Source: a candidate division FCPU426 bacterium (GTDB lineage: Bacteria; Oederibacteriota; Muellerivitia; Muellerivitales; Muellerivitaceae). From it: 64,000 nucleotides of DNA. Positions 57,907 to 64,000 of the stretch are shown piece after piece. Each line of letters begins with the position of its first letter. Within the stretch, counting starts at the first letter, position 1. The notes beneath the pieces are model-generated. The model saw nothing but the letters and a program-made list of their open reading frames with translations. It made no database searches and was not told the DNA's origin. The DNA lies in the NCBI GenBank assembly GCA_963771075.1, contig CAVYSE010000011.1, positions 96,001 to 160,000 of the forward strand, given 5' to 3'. A program made the position numbers and the translations under genes.

Positions 57907-58374
57907 TTATTTAATTACGGTCGGTTCGGACTGGTTCGTCGGCCTGACCCAACCGAGGTGGTTGGCCATGTGAAAGGAATGGAACAGACACCATTTCTTC
58001 TTGTCAAAGGTGCCTAAGCGGGGGTGGTCACTGAAGGGGCCTTGGTGGTTCTCAAAGTCATCAAGAGCTTTGAGCAATTGGGTCAGGGCGGCCTTTTCAT
58101 CCCCCTCCACCCGTTCGATTTTGGGCCCTTGGATCCCCGCCTGGATATAGCCTTTCAATACCGTATCCCAATAACCGATGGGCCCATAAACATGTCTTTT
58201 CCACCATGGCATTTCCCGTCTGATTCCCTTCATGGATCCCTCGGTCGCCCTCGCCAGGTGATTCAGGATTTGAAAATATGACCAGTTGCCGAAAGTTTCC
58301 ACCGGGCCCTTCTCCAGGCGGGATAGTTCGGCCCGGGCGTCATCTATATTTTTAAACCTCAATTCACGCCTCAT
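57907..58374 (-). CDS. DUF1569 (DinB-like) protein, paralog 1
   Basis: RRELRF...GNWSYFQILNHL...HPRLG....W..FH..HMANHL. Confidence 0.85.
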   Translation of the reverse strand: MRRELRFKNIDDARAELSRLEKGPVETFGNWSYFQILNHLARATEGSMKGIRREMPWWKRHVYGPIGYWDTVLKGYIQAGIQGPKIERVEGDEKAALTQLLKALDDFENHQGPFSDHPRLGTFDKKKWCLFHSFHMANHLGWVRPTNQSEPTVIK

Positions 58375-59383
58375 GGGGACCTTCCTTATTTTGTTTGCCG
58401 CCGCTCCAAGGTTCCGGAGTGGGTATCGAAGCCGTCTTTTTGAGCTTGGCCGCGTAAAATCCTTCCACGTCAGGGGTGGGAAGGATGCGGACGGAATTTA
58501 CCACCTGGGGGAAGAATTTCAAATCCCCCCAACCCGGCAATCCTTGGGTATGTAAAGGCAGGGGGTTGGGGATCTTTTCCACTTTCAGCGATTCTCCATA
58601 AGTATCCAAGGCCCATTGAAGGACTCCCTCGTTTTCCTCGGGCGAGAAGGTACAGGTGGAATAGACCAGGGTCCCGCCGACCTTCAGGGAAAGTACCGCC
58701 GATTTAAATAGCCGCCTTTGGAGTTTGGCCATCTTTCGGTTTGTGTCTTCCTTCCAATAGCCGTAGGTGGAGGGAATGTCAACGCGGAACCGTCCCTCCG
58801 AACTGCAGGGCGCGTCCAACAGAACCCGGTCGTAAGCCTCAAAATGATTTTTCCAAACCAAGCCGCCATCTCCAGGGGGCAGCAGGTCCACGTTCAAGGC
58901 GCCCTGTCGATCCAGGTTGGCCCTTAATTTCTCGAGGCGAATGGGGTTTTCGTCGTTGGCGGTTACGACTCCCTCGTTTTTCATCAGGCATGAGAGCTGG
59001 GTGGTTTTGCTTCCAGGGGCGGCGGCTAAATCGAGGACCTTCTCACCAGGCTGGGGATCGAGTATCAAGGAAGGGATCATGCTTGAAAGGCCCTGGATGT
59101 AGATCATTCCCTTTTTATAAAGAACGGTTTTTTCCAGGTCTTTTTGGGCCCCTTTACGAAGGATAAAGGCGTCCGGATACCACATGACGTTTTCCACCTT
59201 GAAGCCCTCCGGCTCCAACTGTTCCTTCAGTTCGCGGGAAAAACCTTTGAGGCTATTCACCCGGAAGGTGCAGGGTTTCTCCTGTGAAAAGGTCTTGAGA
59301 ACCTTATCCCAACTGGGGATGGGGACGATTTTCCGCAGTTTCTCAATGAAGAGATCAGGCAATTTGCGGGGAGAGTTGCCCAT
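58364..59383 (-). CDS. RsmB/RsmF/NOP2-family RNA m5C methyltransferase
   Basis: LDLAAAPGSKT, DAPCS and YSTCTFSPEENE. Confidence 0.93.
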   Translation of the reverse strand: MGNSPRKLPDLFIEKLRKIVPIPSWDKVLKTFSQEKPCTFRVNSLKGFSRELKEQLEPEGFKVENVMWYPDAFILRKGAQKDLEKTVLYKKGMIYIQGLSSMIPSLILDPQPGEKVLDLAAAPGSKTTQLSCLMKNEGVVTANDENPIRLEKLRANLDRQGALNVDLLPPGDGGLVWKNHFEAYDRVLLDAPCSSEGRFRVDIPSTYGYWKEDTNRKMAKLQRRLFKSAVLSLKVGGTLVYSTCTFSPEENEGVLQWALDTYGESLKVEKIPNPLPLHTQGLPGWGDLKFFPQVVNSVRILPTPDVEGFYAAKLKKTASIPTPEPWSGGKQNKEGPHEA

Positions 59384-59424
59384 TGTTTTCTTAAATTCCG
59401 ATCAGGGATTTGAAACGCAGGCGT

Positions 59425-60129
59425 TTACCAGGGAAGGTTCAAAGCGTCCGAAAGAAAACGCATCAGAGGAGAGGCGGCCACGCAGCTTTCGACGAAATTC
59501 TCAAGAAAATGCGGCGACCCGGCCTGTTTCTCATCGAATTGGGTGAAGAAGGTGAAATCCTTGTATTTCAAATAACTGATCAATTCATGGTTGGGATCAT
59601 AGCCCTTGGGTGGGCGTTTAAGCTGCTCGCCTTCAAAATGGCAAAGCTTCTTGAATTTCTTGTCGGCCATCACCGCCTTCCATTTCGAGGGATGGTGGGC
59701 GATGGAATCGCGGATTTGGCTGAGCACCGGGGCTTCGGGGCGCCAGATGCCGCCGCCGCTGAAGACCTCTCCTGGCTGGAGTTGAATGTAGTATCCGGGA
59801 GTATGGACGTCCTTGTTCCTTGTGGTTGGGAAATGAGCGGCCGCGTGAGTTTTGTAGGGCGTCTTGTCTTTCGAGAACCGCGTGTCCCGGTAGATCCGGA
59901 ACATGGAACCGCCGGTGGGGCTGTTATCCGCGATGATTCCCGGGCTGATCTTGCGCAGGCTGGGGCCGACATCGCCTATGAAGTCCAACAGGGGATTACG
60001 AACCAGGGTTTCCCAGCGTTCTTTGTTGGCCTGAAACCAGTGTCTTTCGTTGTGGGCCTTGAGATCCCTCAAGAACTTGAAAAAGGAAGGAGGGAAGTAG
60101 ACGCGGGGCGCGGGGTTAATGGGTGCCAT
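59425..60129 (-). CDS. DUF2461 family protein
   Basis: FLRDLKAHNERHWF, FRIYRDTRFSKDKTPYKT and LKRPPKGY. Confidence 0.92.
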   Translation of the reverse strand: MAPINPAPRVYFPPSFFKFLRDLKAHNERHWFQANKERWETLVRNPLLDFIGDVGPSLRKISPGIIADNSPTGGSMFRIYRDTRFSKDKTPYKTHAAAHFPTTRNKDVHTPGYYIQLQPGEVFSGGGIWRPEAPVLSQIRDSIAHHPSKWKAVMADKKFKKLCHFEGEQLKRPPKGYDPNHELISYLKYKDFTFFTQFDEKQAGSPHFLENFVESCVAASPLMRFLSDALNLPW

Positions 60130-60150
60130 AGTTTCTTGAGAAATGTTCGG

Positions 60151-60366
60151 TCAGGGTGATTGCATCATTTTTTTGGGGCGGACCCAGAGGGCGATTTCGT
60201 CCACGGCCCAGATCTCATCCGGCATGTCGTTCTTGATAAAGACCCGGACATATTTTTTGGGATGGGACAAGGAAGAGCCTATTTCCTTAACGTTAAGTAC
60301 GGTTCCAACTTTGCGGGTCAAAAGGTTGAATACCTCGTCATTGGCTTCGAAATCGGTTACGGCCAT
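60151..60366 (-). CDS. Small hypothetical protein (possible SH3-like barrel)
   Basis: 71 aa, RBS AGGAG, co-oriented with its neighbours. Confidence 0.55.
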   Translation of the reverse strand: MAVTDFEANDEVFNLLTRKVGTVLNVKEIGSSLSHPKKYVRVFIKNDMPDEIWAVDEIALWVRPKKMMQSP

Positions 60367-60427
60367 GGCATCTCCTGTTCACTCACCCGCGATTATTGTA
60401 CAGGGCGAAGGACGGATGGATGAAAAT

Positions 60428-60460
60428 AAAAAAGGCCGGGGGTTGAGGACCCCGACCTTT
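60428..60460 (-). terminator. Intrinsic terminator of the yceI-like gene
   Basis: A-tract plus AAGGCCGGGG...CCCCGACCTT stem. Confidence 0.6.
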
Positions 60461-60477
60461 CTTTACGATCGTTCCGG

Positions 60478-61119
60478 TTAATTTTTAGGAGCATCCTTGG
60501 GCTTGGGGGCGTTTTTCATCATTTCCGCCGCCTTGGTCTTGTCCAACCCCGTGATGTCCAGTTGGATGGTCACGTCATTACCGACCATGAGGTTACCCCC
60601 GGCCGTGACCTTGTCCTTGCCCCAAACCAGGCCGAAATCCCGGCGGTCGATCTTGGTGGTCGCGGAGAAAGCCACAATGGGCGTCCCCATCATCTCATCC
60701 GAACCCAGGTAGTCCACGTCCAGGGTGACCGATTTGGTCACGCCGTGGAGGGTCAAATCGCCCACCACTGAATATTTTTGATCTCCGGCGGCGGATACTT
60801 TTTTTCCCACGAAAGTGATCGTTGGATTTTTGGCCACATCGAAAAAGTCGGGGGATTTCAAATGGCCGTCCCTTTTGTCAATTCCCGTATTGATGCTGTC
60901 AACCTGGATGGTCACGTTGACCTTGGATTTCTCGGGGTTCTTCACGTCAAAAGAGAAACCGCCGTCGTAATCCTTAAATTCCCCAGGAACTTTCCCCAGG
61001 ATATGGGAAACGGAGAAACCGACGTGGGAATGGGCCTTATCAAAGATATACTCGGTGGCTCTTAAGGGGGTTAAAGCCAGCAAACTTAGCGTCAGAACGG
61101 CTAAAAACAGCTTTTTCAT
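60478..61119 (-). CDS. YceI family periplasmic protein
   Basis: DKAHSHVGF, SINTG...RDGHLKSPDFFD and GDLTLHGVTK. Confidence 0.93.
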   Translation of the reverse strand: MKKLFLAVLTLSLLALTPLRATEYIFDKAHSHVGFSVSHILGKVPGEFKDYDGGFSFDVKNPEKSKVNVTIQVDSINTGIDKRDGHLKSPDFFDVAKNPTITFVGKKVSAAGDQKYSVVGDLTLHGVTKSVTLDVDYLGSDEMMGTPIVAFSATTKIDRRDFGLVWGKDKVTAGGNLMVGNDVTIQLDITGLDKTKAAEMMKNAPKPKDAPKN

Positions 61120-61276
61120 TTTTAATCTCCTTGGTTGATTTGAACTTGAAGTGGTTTTAATATAAGAAAAGCATTACTAAAAGAAAGTAGGTTCCTGACG
61201 GAAACTAAAGGGTTTTTGATTTGTCAGGGCCGATATTTTCATTGTTTTTAATGATAATTTCAAGGGAGGGGGCCCC

Positions 61277-61722
61277 ATGATTCGACATAGAGCCAATAAA
61301 TCCGGGCCCGCACCCCAAAGTTGCCCCTTGGAGGCCAGTTTGAAGCTTTTGGCCGGGGCCTGGACCCCTAAAATTCTATGGTATTTAAGGTCCGAACCCC
61401 GCCGTTTCGGGGATTTAAAACGAGATTTGGGGAGTATTTCAGCCAAGGTTTTGACGACTCGGCTCCGTGAATTGGAAAAAAGGGGGGTTTTGACCCGGAC
61501 GGTCATGCCTACCTCCCCCCCACCGTGGAATATGCCCTCACCGCATTGGGGCACAAGATGGGCCCAGTATTGGATTCAATCGCGGATGTCGGTAAAGAGA
61601 TCTCCAAAGAAAAACCTGTAACCGAAAACGACAAGACTCAAGCGCAAAGGAAAGAAACTTTTATTAAGGTTAGCGATATTGGTTGGGATGTGGCCAAAAC
61701 CAGGGAAATGCCGATCGTTTAA
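61277..61722 (+). CDS. HxlR-family winged-helix regulator with an apparent -1 frameshift in a C7 run (~61515)
   Basis: CPLE...W...RRFGDL...KVLTTRLRELE...SPP|TVEYALT..G. Divergent from yceI. Confidence 0.88.
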
Positions 61723-61742
61723 ATAGTGTTTCAAGCCGTATA

Positions 61743-61777
61743 AGCCGGCATCCTTTAAAGGGTGCCGACTTTTTTTT
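61743..61777 (+). terminator. Intrinsic terminator after hxlR
   Basis: AGCCGGCATCCT-TTAA-AGGGTGCCGACT followed by a T-run. Confidence 0.7.
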
Positions 61778-62987
61778 ATGGGTCATGCTGAAAAACGACC
61801 GGTTTGGAGGGTTTGTCGATGACTTGAATGGCCCAAGGCGTAGTAATAACCTGAAAGTGATACGAAGATAATTCTTCGATTTGGTAATGGACGATCAAGC
61901 GGTCGGTTCTGTCCTCCAACTTTAAAAGCCGAATGCGATATGCGCCATTCGGGGTTTGACCGTCTCCTAAAAGCACTACCGCTTGTTTTGAAAAATCTAC
62001 TGGGGGCAGATCTTTTCCAGGCTGAAGTTTCATCCAATAATTCTTAAATGTTTCTTCGTCCGATAAAAGGATGGATTCGCCGCTCCCGCCGTCACTACCG
62101 CTCCAACTTTGGGAAGGGAAGCCACCTGAAGTCGTTAAGGGAGCAAATTCGGATGGGGCGGGAGGGACGCCGGATTGAATCGCGCCGACAATGTTGTTCG
62201 CTGGAACGGAAGCGGCCATGACCGTTGAAGCAACGCCCTTCTTCATCGCGAGTCTTGATCGGTTTTGATCATTCATTTCGAAAAGAGTTTCATCCGAAAG
62301 TGATTGCGCCGATTCGCGGGAGGGAGATGCCTCTAATCTTGAACCTGCCAGCGAGGAAAGGTCTTGGGTTTTGGAAGTTGCCCCCGTGGATCCGTTTCCC
62401 CCAAAGGGCTTTGCGGCGGGAACATTGGCCTGGGCCAACATTTTATTTGCCCCTAGGTTCATTCCGACCGATTGCTGTTGGATGGGTGTGTTCTGAATCG
62501 AGATATCTTTAGCTGGATTGGATTCGACTTTATACCTATTCGCGGATTTCGTTCCAAGACGGGGTTCCGAAGGGGAGGACTCTATTTTTTTAAAGGCAGC
62601 CTGGTCCGTAGGTTTGTCATAAATAGATGATGAAAAAGAAGTCTTTTCATTTGGCCTCATCACGTCCGGGTATTGAATTAGGAAAAAGAGGGTCAGGCAG
62701 GCCGCGATTGCCAACCCAATAGCAGGGAATCGCCATTGAGATTTCTTCGCCGTTAAACCGAGGGAATTCTCATGAAGCCGTGTCATGATCCTTTCATGCA
62801 AATCCCTGGGAGGTTGGGGTTCGGGCGGGGAAGACATAGATTTGTGTAATTGATCATAAGCTTCTAGCTCGCCCTGGGCTTCGGCGCAAGTTTTCAGGTG
62901 GGTTTCGACTTGTTTTTGTTGCGCGGGGGTTAAACCTTTTTCCCGGTAGAGCGCCAAAAGCGGATGAATTTTCCCGCAGTTCTTCAT
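61776..62987 (-). CDS. Membrane anti-sigma factor (zf-HC2-like N-terminus, PrcB_C-like C-terminal domain)
   Basis: HLKTCAEA, one TM and PPVDFSKQAVV...G..P.G.Y.I. ATGA overlap with the sigma gene. Confidence 0.8.
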   Translation of the reverse strand: MKNCGKIHPLLALYREKGLTPAQQKQVETHLKTCAEAQGELEAYDQLHKSMSSPPEPQPPRDLHERIMTRLHENSLGLTAKKSQWRFPAIGLAIAACLTLFFLIQYPDVMRPNEKTSFSSSIYDKPTDQAAFKKIESSPSEPRLGTKSANRYKVESNPAKDISIQNTPIQQQSVGMNLGANKMLAQANVPAAKPFGGNGSTGATSKTQDLSSLAGSRLEASPSRESAQSLSDETLFEMNDQNRSRLAMKKGVASTVMAASVPANNIVGAIQSGVPPAPSEFAPLTTSGGFPSQSWSGSDGGSGESILLSDEETFKNYWMKLQPGKDLPPVDFSKQAVVLLGDGQTPNGAYRIRLLKLEDRTDRLIVHYQIEELSSYHFQVITTPWAIQVIDKPSKPVVFQHDP

Positions 62988-63628
62988 AACCAATCCTTCA
63001 GTAGATTCTTCAGTATGGAGCGGCCCCTGGAAATGCGGGATTTCACCGTGCCAATTCCGATTTTCATGACCTGGGCGATTTGTTCATATTCCAAACCTTC
63101 GAAATCCCTTAGAACGACCGCTTCCTTGTATTCCAAAGGGAGGGTTTGAACTGCTCTTTGAATCGCCCCTTTCAATTCATCGCTTTCAACATTTCGTAAT
63201 GCCGTGGGTGATTTCATATCTTCCGCATTTTCTATGGGGTCTCGGCCTTGTTCACCTTTTTCCATGGGCGTGAAGACCTGGAATTTGGAACGGGCGGTTC
63301 GGGAACGCAAAAGATTACGGGATGTATTGGCGGTGATGGCGTAAATCCATGTTTTCAAAGAGCTTTCCCCTCGAAATCGGGGTAGGGCATTGTGTATTTT
63401 TAAAAAAACTTCCTGGGCGACATCGCTTGCGTCCGCCTCATGGTTTAGAAAGCGATAAGCGACCCGATAAACCATGTTTTCGAAATTTTTCACGAGTTTT
63501 TCAAACCCGTCATCTCCCGACAGGGCGGCTTGAATGAGAGCCAGATCCTCATCGTGGGAAATTCCGTTTGAGGAGCCGGTTGAGGAAAAGAACCATGCAT
63601 GAAGATATCTCAATAGAAGGTTTGACAT
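62984..63628 (-). CDS. ECF sigma-70 family factor
   Basis: DASDVAQEVFLK, FRGESSLKTW and region 4 GTVKSRISRGR. Start codon uncertain. Confidence 0.92.
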   Translation of the reverse strand: MSNLLLRYLHAWFFSSTGSSNGISHDEDLALIQAALSGDDGFEKLVKNFENMVYRVAYRFLNHEADASDVAQEVFLKIHNALPRFRGESSLKTWIYAITANTSRNLLRSRTARSKFQVFTPMEKGEQGRDPIENAEDMKSPTALRNVESDELKGAIQRAVQTLPLEYKEAVVLRDFEGLEYEQIAQVMKIGIGTVKSRISRGRSILKNLLKDWL

Positions 63629-63935
63629 GGGAAAGGGTGAAAAGTTCCCCAAAAAAGTGGAAAACTGGACTTGGGAAAACATAATTTAGTTTAACATATG
63701 AAATAATAAAGCTTGGATGGTTAGAGGAGTGACACTTTGAATAGGTTAGGAACAATGAAGGGGCCTTCAAAGGAGTCCACCTTTTAGTTCTTTTTTCATT
63801 TCCAAAGGGATTTCTAAGACCTTCGAAATAAAAATCTTGAAAAAAAGGAAATTAAACCTGAGATAAGTCATAGGACGTCTATATCGCTAAAGCTACATTC
63901 AAAGTCATATAATGAAGGTCGTAAGGAGAGAATCC

Positions 63936-64000
63936 ATGCCAAGGAAAAAAGCCACAGAAGAGACCGTGAAGAAGCCGCGTTCATCCCAAAAGAAGGTGAC
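63936..64000 (+). CDS. 5' fragment of a gene running off the window
   Basis: AAGGAG RBS, then MPRKKATEETVKKPRSSQKKV. Confidence 0.55.
   Translation, partial: MPRKKATEETVKKPRSSQKKV

Noticed and set aside
63670..63720. dif-like arm (AGTTTAACATAT) upstream of the ECF sigma gene
   Set aside because: There is no convincing partner arm at 6-bp spacing; it is probably AT-rich promoter DNA.

Overview
A gene-dense bacterial chromosomal region of moderately high GC. No rRNA, tRNA, CRISPR array, transposase or integrase was recognised. Housekeeping genes include a MoxR/Mg-chelatase-like AAA+ ATPase with a VWA partner, tandem-domain thyX, mqnD, queG, mtnBD, moeB, bcp, icd, mdh, aconitase, cysC, copZA, livK/H/M, an RsmF-like methyltransferase, yceI/hxlR and an ECF sigma/anti-sigma pair. 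Interleaved accessory genes include four GT-C-type membrane glycosyltransferases, two secreted proteins with Pro/Thr linkers and a shared T9SS/FlgD-like C-terminal domain, two type II toxin-antitoxin pairs, GH3, GH5 and AT-rich orphans. This content resembles uncultured candidate-phylum genomes such as FCPU426-like lineages (inference only). Seven single-base frameshifts split six genes; most are in short homopolymers and are probably read or assembly errors. The intergenic DNA holds several non-coding repeat families. The most striking is a ~30-bp palindrome (CTGTCCRCGACGGGGACCCWTCGYGGACAG) found only at the borders of accessory genes, which suggests a cassette-capture or mobilisation site. 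The others are hairpins built from co-varying CRCNRAG units, a two-copy composite MITE-like element, C/G-tract REP-like hairpins and heptamer repeats. Two 3'-only gene remnants (yjbQ-like, mmcQ/yjbR-like) are absent from the ORF track. All family assignments come from motif recognition, not database searches.
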